Of a DNA stretch of 64,000 nucleotides, positions 32,678-46,160 are shown piece after piece. The number at the start of each line of letters is the position of its first letter. Position 1 is the stretch's first letter. The stretch is taken from positions 5,864,270-5,928,269 of the forward strand of contig MU054212.1 in the NCBI GenBank assembly GCA_013239625.1, written 5' to 3'. This stretch comes from Lama guanicoe. Its lineage: Eukaryota. The translations under genes and the position numbers were made by a program. Below the pieces are notes generated by a model. That model was not told the DNA's origin, ran no database searches, and saw only the letters and a list, made by a program, of their open reading frames with translations.

Positions 32678-35600
32678 AAGAATAGACATTGACTTTTTCT
32701 GCAAGACAAGATTCAGTTAAACCAACACGTGTTGCCTTCTCACTACATGCAGAGCACTACTTAGTGCCTTAAAGGTCATTTAAAGGTGAGGATGCCCCAG
32801 GCTTTGCCCTTCGGGGGCCCACACAGTAGTGGAGGTGGTAGTTACAAACACCTTATTCTGAAAATCAAGACAGCCTCTAATAAACAAGACATCAAAGAAA
32901 GAAGGAAAAGGCCAAGGCTGCTGTGAGAGATGAGTCCGTCTGTGAGGCGGGGCTGGGAATATTTAAGGAGACTTCCTAGAGAGGAAGGCTTTTCATGAAC
33001 AGTGAAGATGAAGCCAACAGGCTTCAGCTGGATCAGAGGCTCACCTCACCGAGGGAGGGTGGCTGGTGTCTGGGAAATGACAGGCAGCGAACGCAGCAGA
33101 AGGTATGGATGAAGGTTAGGTACAGACCACAGGTTAAGGCTGTGGCACCAGACTCTGTGTGGTTGAAAGTCACAGGAAATTTCTGAGCAGGACAATCGTA
33201 CGATCAGGGTCTAGAAAGAGGAGGACGGGCTGCAAGTCTGCACATGGGAGATGCTAAAGAAGAGTGTTGGGGAAAGTTGAAAATAACTCCAACTCCTGTG
33301 AATGTTAAGTGTTAGCCTTTTTCTTTTTCCTCTGATGTTCATTGATTTTCCCTTGTATTCCGGTGCCTCTTTCCTTGGTGTAGAGTAAAATGTAAATGTT
33401 ATGTCAGCAAGGTCACTGAACCGACAGAGAGGCCAGTTATAATTATAGAAATATGTTTTCCGAAACGAAATCGGGAGATGGCACTTGACAAAAGATTTGT
33501 TTTCCTGACTTGCGAGTTTATTTGTGTACAAAATCTTACAAAGTTAAGCACTCAGAGTAATCCCAAGTTATTTACTTAATGATTCCTTTACAGTTAAAAA
33601 ATAATCAAAGTATTTGAAATTAAACTATTCCGGAAAATCATTGACCAATGTTTGGTCCCATGACGGTGTGGTTTTGCCTGGGTCTCCCTTATGCACTTAT
33701 AAGCTTTCTGAGCCAAGTATTTTGTCTTTATTTATTTTTGGAGCCTCAGTACATAATGCAGGGCTTAATAGGTAACAGGTACTCAATTATTTTTTTGTTG
33801 TTGTTGAATTGACTTTAAATTAAACTGAATACTACTGAAATTAATTAAATGACGTTCTTTGTACCACCAGCTATTTCCCCAACATTCTACTGGGAAACCT
33901 CATCTATGCAGTGAATTTGAAAGAATTTTCAGAGAACACCCCTATTTCCATCACCAAATTCCATCATATATTTTACTCTTCTTTCTTTATCACATGTCTA
34001 TCTACCCACCCATTTGTCTATCTATCCACCTTCTTTTCTATGAATTTCAAATTAAATTGGAGAGCCGTAAGTACACTCCCCGCTAACAATGTCAGTGTGC
34101 AGATCTTTAACTCGAGTTCAAGATTTGTTTATATTTTTTCCCTCTGAGGTAAAATTACAGACAATGAAATGTACCAATTGTAAGTATACATTTGTTAAGT
34201 CTTGACAAACGCACATACCTGTGTAACTCAAAGATGTATAATAAAAAAACAAAGTATACTAAAAAAAAAAGATATTCAGATTTAAAAGCTCAATTTCTGA
34301 GATTTCACATGAGGAGATAACCTTACAATTAAGACAAGATGTGTGCGGAAGGATGGTCATTGCAGTGTTGTTAATTGTGCAAAAACTGTAAACAGCAGGT
34401 TACTGGTGGAGTTCAATAAGAAGCAGCGCCGTGCAGTGCCATGTGTGGATTAATGGGGCGCTTTAATGTTACAAAACGGTGACACTCCTAAATTATTTTC
34501 AGGAATTGCAAGGATACAGGGGGACATGGAATAGGTATTTCCACCGCTCCGTCTGACCTTTGTGACAATGTCACTTGCAGCAGGCTTAATGGCCCACTTT
34601 TCAGACGAGCCAGCCACAGTGTGCGGCCCATGCTGGGTGAAGCTTTCACATGCGGTGGCCTTCACCACTGGGTGCTTCTCAGAACTTGTTGTCACTGCAG
34701 TCAGTCTTTAAGAGGGGAAAATAAATGTGCATGTCACTTTGGAATAATCACACTCTGAAGCCACAGAGAGACACTGGTACATGACAATAGAAGTGGTAAT
34801 AATAATAGTACCCAGTACTCACTGGGTACTTTCTATGGGCAGGCACTCTGCTAATGAAGCATCTCTCATACAAATCTGTTTTCATCCTCTCAACAATCCT
34901 AGAGAGACATCCTATCTTCTCCCACTTTATGGATGAGTAAACAGAGGGTTGGCGCAATTCCTCACTATGTAAAGCTGGACAATCTGTCTTGTGCCTTCAT
35001 CAGACACACAGCCCTAGCTAAAGAAATGATGACAGGAAGATGAGAAAGCCAAGCCAAGTGTGAGAGGGACTTTGGGACTGCAGACATCTGTTTGTTGTGT
35101 CTTCCAATCTTTGGGTTTGTTGGGACAGAGAGGGGCTTCTTTAAAAACCATCCAAGAGCCAAAGACACAGAAGAGAGTTGGTTTTTTTTTTCCCCTAAAT
35201 TGCTCCAAACTGTTTTTCATCACTACAAACAAAAGCACAGGGTAGAAATTTCCATGCACCTGTGATCTACCATTGGCTAATCCTCTTTGGCTGTCACTTA
35301 GCAACCGGGTAACAAATGGAGGTTGGCGTCCCCAGGCTGATCAACATTCTTCTTTAGTCAAAAGATCACAGTTATTACAAAATACAGCCAACAGCCAACA
35401 GCCAACAGCCCTGAGGCTTACAGGGGTTTTAAAGGTCAGGCAAAGTTGTTGTTGGTTTGGTTTGATTTTTTCCCTTCTGTGCAAAACAAGTCTTCTTTGT
35501 TTGTTTGGCTTAGAAAACTCATATGAAAAAGACCAGACTCTGGACTATGGGGAGGGTCCCAGCTCGCTCCGTCTCTGAAACCCTGGGAGGTTTTTGCGCC

Positions 35601-38600
35601 CATTACTCAGCCTCTGCGGCGTCTCAGCTTTCTGCATCTACAGAAAATCCACACCAGCCCCTGACAGTAAAGACCATCTGGAGAATGCTTTGAAGTCTCC
35701 AAAAAAATTGTCAAGGCTAGCTTTCGTCAGTGAGAGAGCAGCAATGATTTGTAATAAGTGAGGAAAACACATTCACAGACTCAAAGGGAGCTGAAATGAG
35801 CTTGGAAATTCAGCTAGACCCATGCTCCCATTCAGTGGCTCCTCCTGACCAATGAAAGTAGGAAAGGGTTGGGGGGAGTACCTTCGTTCTCTGTTATCCA
35901 CTCCCATTCATAGCTTGTGTCCGGAAGTTCTTCCCTAAGTCTCACTGGAATCCCTCATGCTGCTGTTTCAAGCTAATCTCTTCTTGTACTCTTCACAATG
36001 GAGCATCTATTTTTCTTACGATTTTTCTTAGTCTTTTATTAACGTGGCATGCCTCATGAATCCACATGGACCTTTCTCTTCTCCAGCGTCAATTTTTAAA
36101 TCATTTATTAGAAAGATATGTACCAGGCATGGCACTCGGCTAAGCCCTGTGGACATACAGAGATCATTACGAAGTGGTCCTTGAAGGCGAGGCGCTTACG
36201 GTCTCGTGGGGTGAAGGAGATACTTAACGCGTGAGGTTCAGGAGTTCCTTGTTTTTGAAAGTTTGCATTTTGATGAACGTCCGTCCAAACCTACCTTATT
36301 TTTTCATCTCAACGTTTCAGCTATGTATGCATCATTAAAATTCAATTATTTCTTAATTTTTCACTGGCAGATCGTGCCTGGGGAGGAGCAGGGGCAGCAA
36401 TAGCAGATGGGCACGCCCTCTAGTGGCAAAATGAGAGAAAAGGAACATTGAACTTCTCCCATTGCACCTACGCGGAGTAGCAGTAAATTAATATATTTCC
36501 TGGATTTAAGGTACCATAAATTATAAGATGGAGCCATTGCTAGAATAAGAGAACAAAAAGACCAAAAGTGGGAGTGAAGTACAATCAACACATACGCCTT
36601 CTGGATTCTAGAACTCCAAGGGAAGTGTGAGGGGGCCACGTCAAGGAAATACAGTGGTGCGTTTGTACTGTCTTCCTTTCTGGCTGTGCACAGCTAGTGA
36701 GGGGTGATGACTGTGGCTGACAGTGGACTGCAATGCACCAAGTACCGGCTGTCTGCTACTTCCCAGTCATCCTGCGGAAGGGACATTGTGGTTCCCGTGT
36801 AACACCTGGCGAGAGCAAGGCTCAAAGAAATCATCTACCTCGACCTTAGATATTTAAGCAAAGACCCAGGATTTAACTCTGGAGTTGACTTACAAAGTCC
36901 AAGATTGTTCCACTCTCCTAAGCTTCCTTCTGCTTTCCGCCCAAATCCTAGGGCTTCCTGGCTGCTGTGCTTGAAGACACTCACTCCCCAGCACACGTGA
37001 CAAGGCACTATTCCACCAGGGAAGGTGCGCCCCCTGAGCTCCGTTTGCACGCCGTTTCACTCCATCCCCACTCCCAGGGCAGGTCCTTGAGCCATCAGCT
37101 CCAGGAACTGCTCCACCTCAGAAACCTCTGTCTCAAGTCCCTGCCTTCCTAGGCATGTCTCCATTCCCACCACATCCACTCATCAGCCTTCTGGAGGCTT
37201 TTAGAAACCTCCTCCCTGCTTCTGGATTCTCCCTAAATTCCTAGAAGCTCCCTAAATGGTCCTGACAGGCCCTGATTCCCCCACAGCCTGGGCTTGGAAT
37301 TCAGGAAACCAGGAGTGTCCAGGCAGAGGGGGCCGTGGAGATGCTGAGAGGACAGGTGGGCCAGCGGAGACCCAGAATCAGGAGATGAGGGCCGAGAGCG
37401 TGGCCGCCTGCCTCATCAGTGGAGGTAAATGTCGGGAGCCTTGGAATCTAGCAGAAGGTTCCAGCATTGGCCCAAGGGACCTTTTGGAATTAGCCGCATC
37501 TCAAGGGAGAGCAGCACAGGGCATCCAGGGACAGCCTGGCTGCACCAAAGCAGAGATCAACAGGAGGAGTATGGGCAGGTTTCCCCTGGTACCCGGGGAC
37601 TGCGTACCCGGGAAAAAGAGGAGGGAGCGAGACGTAAGCCAGTTTAAGTCAACTTAGACATGAGTGTTTTAAACTGTAAGAGGCAGAATTCCCTTAATTG
37701 GGCAAGTTAAGTAGCATTTCCCCTCCCATCACTGGTAGAAATGGGGGCTCCAAACGTAGGTTAGAGAAAGTAAATGCAAGCCAACATTCTGCACGTTTGA
37801 GTAGCATCTGTCTTAGCCAAGTTGTGTTCGGGAGGGAGCGTGGCCGTGTGTATTATGGGATCAGACTGAGTACTGGGACATGATAGAATCATGGGAGGAG
37901 CTCAGAACGCAAGAGTCTGGAAGGGGGGTGAGACACTCAGGGAAAACTCGCTGTCCAGACCTCCTGAAGCACTGGCGGGACGTGCTGATCAGAACCGGCT
38001 GGGAAACAGGAAAGCCAAGTGCTGGTGGGTCACTGAGGAGCGCTGCAGTAGGGTTGCTTGTGTGTGGCGGGGATGCGGGGACAGGGCACTGCAGATCCAC
38101 TGCCACGTGTCTGGTGGTTGATTGTCATTCAGATGCACCAACAATCAGAAAAAAGAGCTGGACACTGGAGGGAGGCAACAAGGACAACCTGGAAGCCACC
38201 AGATACCATGCATCCGGCTATCACCATATCAGCCTGCAAAGTGCTTCAGAGCAAAACGCCACGACTTCCTTTCTGCCTCTCTAATCTCATGCATGTCAGA
38301 CAACTCTAACTCAGACCACAGAGGGAAGGCGACTCTAGAATACACAGTGGATTCTGTTCCTCCAGTAACAAAGGTGGCTGTTGAACAATCCAGCATACTG
38401 TGTATAAATTTCAGTCCTGCTCCAGAACAGCTTTAAGCTTATTAAATACACGCATGCATAGCAGTGTCAAATAAAACCAGTTGGATGCGGAGAAAGCCAG
38501 GACAAAAGCAGACACTCAGAGCAGATCTGATACTAAAATTCACTCTGTAGACGGACTGTTCGTCACGTGGTAGCTGGCATGTGACAGACTGTCTGATTGT

Positions 38601-41600
38601 CAGCACAGTTCATGACCCACACATGCTCGATGACTGGTAGCTGCATTTCCGCCCAGACCGTCCTTCTTCCTCAGCGCGGAGTTCTCGTCTCCGGTTACTC
38701 CACGGACAGCAGCAGGATGTGGGAAACAAGAGGCTAGGAAATACTGGCTTCCTGTTTGGCTCACATTTAGGGGCCCCGAGAGTAGTTCTGGAACTCTTTT
38801 TTTCAACAGGGATAGAGAACAATCCAACAGGTTGGCTGAGATGTGAAAGAGCAGCGTGGCTGAACTTTATTTTTTCTGAGCAGGACCTAAAAGACCCCAA
38901 GGCATTAAAACACTGCAGCCAGCACTGTCCTTCACCCTGGCAATTGCCGTTCCTTGGACCATCTTCTTTCCTGGCTGATAAAAGCTAAAAATGCCAGACA
39001 CCAGATTTGCCGCCCTCCCCTGTGGTCAGGACCTGGACTTGTGGCCCCATCCTGGCTAACGGTCTCAAGGGAAAGATGTGGAAAAGCTTTTCTTCTTAAT
39101 AAACAGAGACGCCCTTCTTCTGCTCAGGTGGCTGCTGTCTGAAGACACAACGGGGGCAGAGGTGGCGGCCACCTTGACAGCCTGCAGGGTAAGTCACACG
39201 AGTCCCAGAGAAGCTGGACCCAGAGCGGAGGCACCATGAGGAACTGAGACAACCTGCCCCCACCTACGTCTCGAACCCTCGCAGGTCAGCGGAGGAGCAC
39301 GTGTTGTCCGAGCCGGTCTCGCTCGGGTGTTCCATTTCACACAGACCCACCCCGAGCTTGTACCATCGTAGCATTCCCAGTTTTGCAAGGAGTCCACTGC
39401 CTTTCACAGACCCTTAAACTACACTAGGATATCCGAGCACGCCTACCCAGGGGCCACACGCGAAGACCCCGATGGTCTGCCTGGTCCTCCGTGCTTTCTC
39501 TCCTCTTCCCGGTCAGATTCTGCTAACTCCTGGCTTTGCAGCTTTCTCTCATCAAAGATCTGCTGGCCAGCTAGTTTTTTACATTGATCATAGGCCTCAG
39601 AGGTATTAACACACTTTGCCAATAATGCGCTTTGTTCTTCTTCCAAATATGACTTTCAATTCCTGCCCAGAGCATCCTTGCACCCCAGGTAACCACATGC
39701 CCCAGCCCTGATACTGCCAGGCCAGGTAATCCCACACCCACCAAACCTGTCCCACCTACCGGCAGCAATATCAAATTCATTGGACTCTTAGACATTCTTC
39801 TGTATCAACTCTAATCAAGTTATTTGTTTGCATGGCAGCCTTCTGCAGTAATTACTGTGACAATTCTAATATCTGTCAATGGAAAATGCACTCAACAAAT
39901 AGTCCTTAGCCTGCTACGCGCCCAGGCTGTCATTAATACAGAGAATGTAGTTGAATTTTCACTGTAGGCACAGGTGAGAATTTCACTGCCATCTGTTTCA
40001 AAGCTAAACTCTGATTTTGGTCATTATTTATAAATCATAACTAAGGCATCCAGTTGTCCTTGAGTTTGTGCAAACACGTCCTTCACCATAGAAGGTAGGC
40101 AGGATCTTGGTGCATGAATTTTGTTGCTCATCCTTCTTGGTTGAGGACCTCAGCCTTGGCTTCAGCTCTGACATGAAATGCATTTGGACACATTCTGATG
40201 TCCTGATCCAGGCAGGGGACAGGGCCAGACCATCAAGCACATCCCCAGCCCCTGCGCTGAGCCTGGTCCTAGCACTGACCGGCAGCCTTGGCAGGCAGGT
40301 CCGCTAAAGGTCAGAGTCTGCCTTTCTGCCCCAGGAATCAGCGTCAGGCTGTTCCGAGTGTGGCCCCTTCGCCTGGGCCCACCTCCCACCCGCCACAGCC
40401 CCAACCTGTCCCCAACGTCACCTCTAATTGGGGTCCTTTATTATGTATTTATTTCCAAGTGTTAAATTGTACCTGGACACCCAGGCTTATAAATGTAGAC
40501 ACATATACGAGTGCCTTTTCTCATGTGACTTATTAGAATAATAACGTTCTATTATATATAATATTAATATTCTATGATTATGTCCACAGGGCTCTTTCAT
40601 CTGTAACCGTAGAAAGAGTCTGCCGCGTTTCGATTTTGCCTTCTCTCACTTCCGTTCCTTCCTTATTCCCAATATTAGCAACTAAAGAAAGAGGTATTTT
40701 AATTCCATCACCCAAGAAAATCTTCCCCAGATGGCTGCTGGAACACGTTTTATTTTCATTTAAAATTGACTAAAGTTACCAAAAAGAATGGAAAGTAATA
40801 ATAAAATGAAACCCTAATAGCTTGAAACAGCAACATATTACCATCCTCACTAGCTTGGTTATCCAGGGCAATTCTTTCTAGCGGGATTCTTTTCTATGGA
40901 GGCAAGTAAAGGTGAGCGGAGAAGAAACGGGTGTGTAAAAATAGAAGCAAACAGAACATGGGCCTTCTGCAAGTCTCAGCCCGCAAGTAAAAAGGAAGGC
41001 TGGGGCTGAGTCAGCGGGGTGATTGGGAAACGCATGAGTTTCCACAACCCCTTTGCTGAAATAGTAACAGGACAACATTAAAATTCGGGCATTTCCCCTT
41101 TGGCCTACATGCAGTCTAACAGTTCTCGCTTTTGCTCCCCTGAAACTGAGCTGTGCTCTGGACAGAATCAGCTGCTGAGAAATGGTCCTTTCCTCAGCCG
41201 ACTTTAGGAGACGGCGCAATGGGATTGAAAGTCACAAAGAATCTTGCCTGTGAACAAGGTGTCATGAATTGGCTGCAATGTTCCAGAATCCTCCATCGTC
41301 CTTGCATCGGGTAAGACATCACGGTTGCTGACTGTTTCTGAGAATAAGTTCCCCTAAGTCTAATCAGTCTGGGGACCAAGGGGACCTTGGGTGAACTTAG
41401 GGTCAGAGAGGTTCCCACACTTCAGAGCTGTGTCAGTTATAGGATATGGGTCGTTCCTCTTTAAGTCAGAGAACATGTGCCTGGGGAAGCGGGGACTCCC
41501 TGTGCGTGGTAGGTGAAGCAAACCTGGTTAAGATTAAGAAGTGTAACTGGAGAAGTTGAGATTATTTTTAAAGCTGGGTCAATCATTCCAGCTGCTAATC

Positions 41601-41629
41601 AAAAACCATTTCTACCATTTCTACCGGAC

Positions 41630-42250
41630 GAAAGCCTGCACATGAATGTTTATATCTGCTTTCTTCATCACTGCCAAAACATGGAAGCAACCAAGACGTC
41701 CTTTGGTAGGTGAATGGATACATAAACAGAGGTGCATCCAGACAATGGAATATCATTCAGCCATAAAGAGGAAGGAGCTATCAAGCCATGAAACGATGTG
41801 GAGGAAATGTAAACGCATATGAAAGAAGCCTATCTGAAAAGGTTCCTTATCGTGTGGTTCCCACTGTGTGACATTCTGGAAAAGGCAAAACTATGGAGAC
41901 AGTTAAAAAATCTGTGATTCCCCAGAATTAGAGGGGAAAGAGGGCTAAACAGGTGGAGCACAGAGGGGTTTAGGGCAGTGAAACGACTCTGTGTGACCCT
42001 ACAGTGGTGGTTACGTATCACTACATCCACCAAAACCATATTATGTACAACGTAAAGAGTGACTTCTAAAGTAAACAGTCAACTTCAGGTAATAATAATG
42101 TTGCCCATTAACTGGAACAAACGTACCACGCTAATGCAAGACACTATTAATTGGGGAAATGGTGGGGTGGGGGAGTTTAACGGGGTGTCTGGGAGTCCTC
42201 TGTACTCATTTTTCTGTAAACTTGAAACCGCTCTAAAAATACTCTAAAAA
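41630..42250 (+). mobile_element. Old L1M (L1MC-like) 3' fragment
   Basis: ggaagcaaccaaga...ggtgaatggata...gacattctggaaaaggcaaaactatggagacagt. Confidence 0.8.
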
Positions 42251-45200
42251 CATTTTTAAAAATTTGCCCAGTATTGTTCTTTCTAACGTTACCTTTTCAA
42301 TAACAAAGGGTTAAAATGACAGGTGAGTTAAGCTTTTGTGCTGGCTAGTATGATTTGTGGCAGTTGTAAAACAGGTCTGCAAAATTCTTTGACCCTCTTC
42401 CTCTTCGAAAAGTGAGGTCTATGTCAAGCGCCCTTGGATATGAACTCTGTGGCTGTTTGACCAACATATACCGTGGAAATTACACAGTACAGTGTGCAGA
42501 ATCAACTCTCAGTAAATTGGCAGATTCAAACAAAAAATTCCTCAGTGTTTCCCTATAGATAATGCTCTCACACATTTAGTTAAAGGCTTTTCTTGACCTC
42601 GAAGAACACACAATAACCTTGAGGTAGACGGTCCCAGTTCAGGGTGTTGGAAAGGCATTCTTGAGTAGGAAGACAATGGAGCCTGGAGAGTGTATTTCAG
42701 TCACAGCTCTAGGGTCCTCAGTGAAGATTTGAGTGGTCTGGTGTAGGTTAGCTGTCCAAACCTTTCTCCATTTCTCATCTCTAAAATGTAGATTAAAAAA
42801 AAGAACTATCTGGCAAAGCTGTCGTAAGGATTCCCCATACATTGCCTGGCACCCGGCAAGCCGTCCTCAGAGACCTGCTGGTTGCTGCTCTGTGCAAGCG
42901 GCCACACCTCTCTGAAACTCAGTTTTTTCATCTATAAAGTGGGAGTTTATTCTGGGGACGACGAAGGTGTCTTCCAGGCCAGGCTGTCTAGGTTTTAGCA
43001 TCAAGGTCTGGCTGAAGGAAAGACAGCACCAGGAAACAAGGTGTTATGAGAAGCTGTTGAAGGGAAAGAAAGGGAAGAACAGACACGAACTGAGAGCTGG
43101 TTCGTGCTTAAGCCAGTGCTTTCCAGACCTTGTTTCCTCTGATCCTTCCCAAGCCCCACCCTCAGGGCTTTTGCCAAAGAGGGATGGGAGACTCCCCCAC
43201 TCCCCCAGGGGGTGGGAAGGCAGGAGCTGAACACAGGTCTGTCTGGCTCACGGCCCACGTGGTTTACTCCAGGCTCCCCTCTTCTACTTCCAGGAGGCCC
43301 CCACGTACCTTCCACTTAGGACAGAAGGGGGCTCGGAAATACTGGGGACAACTTAACAATACAATGTGACGGCCCAAGGAGATTTCCTCTGCAGGAACAG
43401 AGCACAATGAATCCCGCTAACAAGTGAGGGAAATCCCAGAGGCCAACAGAGATGAATATCTAAGAAGGTTCACGGCCACAGTGGTGCCCCGGCAACACAG
43501 CTCTGAATGAGAGCCTGTTCTGTCTTCGTTGAGAAGAGCCGTGTTTTCTGAGTGTCTCTCAGCCCCGACTTCCTGCTGGTGCAGCAGCTCCAGCCCGGCA
43601 GCGAAGAGGAAGCAGTGATGAGAAAATCAATTATGCTGAGCTCTAACGGCGAGATGCGTCTCCTTTGTGTAGACACTGTTTCCCTTGTAGTCGCTGGCTT
43701 TCACTCGCCCAGTCTGGCCCCCTGCAGCCCATGTAAGACTTGAAATTGCAACCCTTATACATTCAAGTCCAGATTATCCTTCTTAAAGGGACTCAACCAT
43801 TGTCGAAATCCCCAGATAATCCCTCAACCTCATTTGCGCCATTTTTTTTACTGCTTTCCCAGAAAGCCCAAGATCTATATTGAAAGAACAAACGAGGAAA
43901 AGCTGATGGCTTTGAATGTCAGATCTAAGCCAAGGATCCGAGCAAACGTGGCACCAGGCCCCCAAGGATGGCCCCTCTTCCCCGGGAGCTCCCAGCTCCC
44001 AAGTCCACTCCTCTTCAGAAAGTCTCGGGCCGGTGGGTACAGCCCCAGCAGAAACAAGGAGGCCACTTCCAGGCTGGAGGAAGTCTTGGGCAGCAGAGGC
44101 AGTACATCCCCCTCCCATGAGCGCAGGTCAGAGCACAAGCTGGCTGCCTCTCAGGTTTGGATCTGAATCCCTAATTTGGCTCTAAAAGCATCCAGTGCAA
44201 TAGCTGTAGGGCAACACTGGGAAATAACTAACGAGACAGAGCCTCTGCAAAGAGGTTTCCAGAGCAGTTGTGCCTGAGGGTCCTAAACACTGAGCAGAGA
44301 GCCTGGAGGTTTTGGACTTGGGATGGTCCCTCTCCCCAAGATCCCACCTTAATCTGGTCTCCCAGCTAAAGCCAGAAGCACATGGCAGCTGACTGAATAT
44401 GCCCTTCTGTGGAAGTTACCTGCCTTGTGTTTCCTCCAACTGTCAGCTAGGGGTCCTAGCCAGCCACAGAACAGAGACACCAAGACGAGGGAGGGTGGGT
44501 AGTCAGGAGGGGAGAGGAAGGAAAGTGGGGAACATGAAGATGGGGTCCTCATGGAAATGTCAGGATTGAAACCCCATCTCCCTTCTGTCTCCTCTTTCTT
44601 TGCTGGATCTTTGAAACTTACATTTTACTCTAGTCCCCCACTAGAAAAACTCCCCTCCCCAGGGCCCTTCACAGCCACAACCTGACCTTGGCCCCTCTCT
44701 TTCCCCCCAGCGTGCTGGTCAACTTCAGTCTGAACTGCCAGCCAAGCGCTTGATTACATGCCTCTGGTTTCAAGTGTGTAACGCTGGTTCCTCTCCTAGC
44801 AAGGGGTTTCAGTGGCCTGAGGACAAGATTATGCTGGAAATTTCCTTTGCAGCTAAGACCTAGTAGTGCAGCTAAGACCTTTGCCCCGAGAAGTGTGTTG
44901 ACTCACTAATCGCACTCCCTCCAGCCAGCATGCCACCGCCGTGGAAGATGAAGGCGCTGGCAGACGAACGCTCGAGAGCGCCCCCTTCAGGACCAACCTC
45001 TGTGGGCTCAGGGCGCCTTGTAGGCAATGACAGTAGTCAGGGTCTGCCAGTCCTTGGCCCAACCATCAAAGGTGATTGAAGTTGATATTTCATCCAGAAA
45101 CAGAAGAGTGTTTTTCAAAACGCATGCACACTTGATTTATAAAATACAAAGTCACTGCAAGGCATTGTTGACCTTTTATTAATTTTTTTGTCAGAACGTC

Positions 45201-45401
45201 TTTTTTCCTAAATAGGTAGACATAAAGAGTTCAGGCCCAGGGAATTTTTTTACATTAGAAAAATAATTTCTCCATCATGTTAGACTGAGCTACACACCAA
45301 TTGCTGACATCTTCTCCCATTCAGTCAACACTCAGGGTCCTGACTCCCCATTCCTGAACTCAGCCTGCCACAGTGTTCGTTCCTCTGAACGAGTATTTTT
45401 T

Positions 45402-45451
45402 TTTAACATTTTTTAAATTGAGTTATAATCATTTTACAATGTTGTGTCACA
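45402..45451 (-). mobile_element. Very short L1 3'-end insertion (~50 bp)
   Basis: T-rich tail plus attttacaatgttgtgtca; flanked by tgaacgagtatttttt / tgagcgagtatttttt. Confidence 0.6.
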
Positions 45452-45513
45452 TGAGCGAGTATTTTTTGAACCTGCCAAAGATACACTTCTGAATCCACAG
45501 AAGCTCAAAGCCC

Positions 45514-46160
45514 AGGGCAAAGTTTAAATACTACTGATGCAATTGTCACCCTTGACCTATTTGCTGGGAGCTGCAATCATACACAGTCTAGAAATGTGAT
45601 GCAAACAGTTCTATTCTAGCTGACAATAAACAAGGTCCCCCCAACCCTCCCCCCATCAGATTATTCAGGTGCCCATCCTTGCGTGGCAAGGAGGGGGAGA
45701 CCATGAAGTTCCGTCTTACAGCCTAGCAGTAACAGAAGTGACAGAGCTCCTCTCTCTCCTTGACCTAATTTACTACCTTTATTTTCACAAACTATCTGGC
45801 GTGCTTGCCAGCCGGCAGAGTGAATCTCACTGAAATCAATGGCCATCACTTGAACGCCATGATAACTACTTATATTTCCACATGCTTCTTAATCCAAAAG
45901 GCAATGACTAAGTCAATAATATCCAAATAAATATCCAGAGTCTCACGGGACTTCCATATTTTAGGATGCTCATATTTGCGTTCGGACAAAAGTGAAACAA
46001 GTCTCCGATCGAGTTATGATATAGTGATTCCTGTCCTAAAAGCTGGGACCTGGAAATAGCCACGGGCTTGCAACTTCTCTGTAGCATATCCACAACAATC
46101 AGAGCCAAAGTTTAACTTGCTTAAACAAAATCAAGGCAAAATCAAGGCAAAATCAAGGCA
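45514..46160. promoter_or_regulatory. Candidate distal hepatocyte enhancer of TTR
   Basis: Exact TGACTAAGTCAATAAT (45905-45920) as in the TTR promoter; HNF4-like AGGGCAAAGTTTA (45514) and AGAGCCAAAGTTTA (46101); ONECUT-like AAATCAAT (45833); FOXA-like AATAAACA (45625) and GCAAACA (45601). Motif evidence only. Confidence 0.5.
46126..46160. repeat. 11-bp tandem repeat (CAAAATCAAGG)x3
   Basis: Read directly. Confidence 0.9.

Noticed and set aside
36000..41100. Possible promoter or exons of a DSG2 antisense lncRNA (human has DSG2-AS1 in this area); moderate CpG at ~38.6-39.5 kb and an AP-1 motif near 41005
   Set aside because: Nothing in the sequence alone defines a transcript; RNA data are needed.
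44848..44880. 14-bp direct repeat TGCAGCTAAGACCT with a 5-bp spacer
   Set aside because: Ordinary micro-duplication with no further structure.
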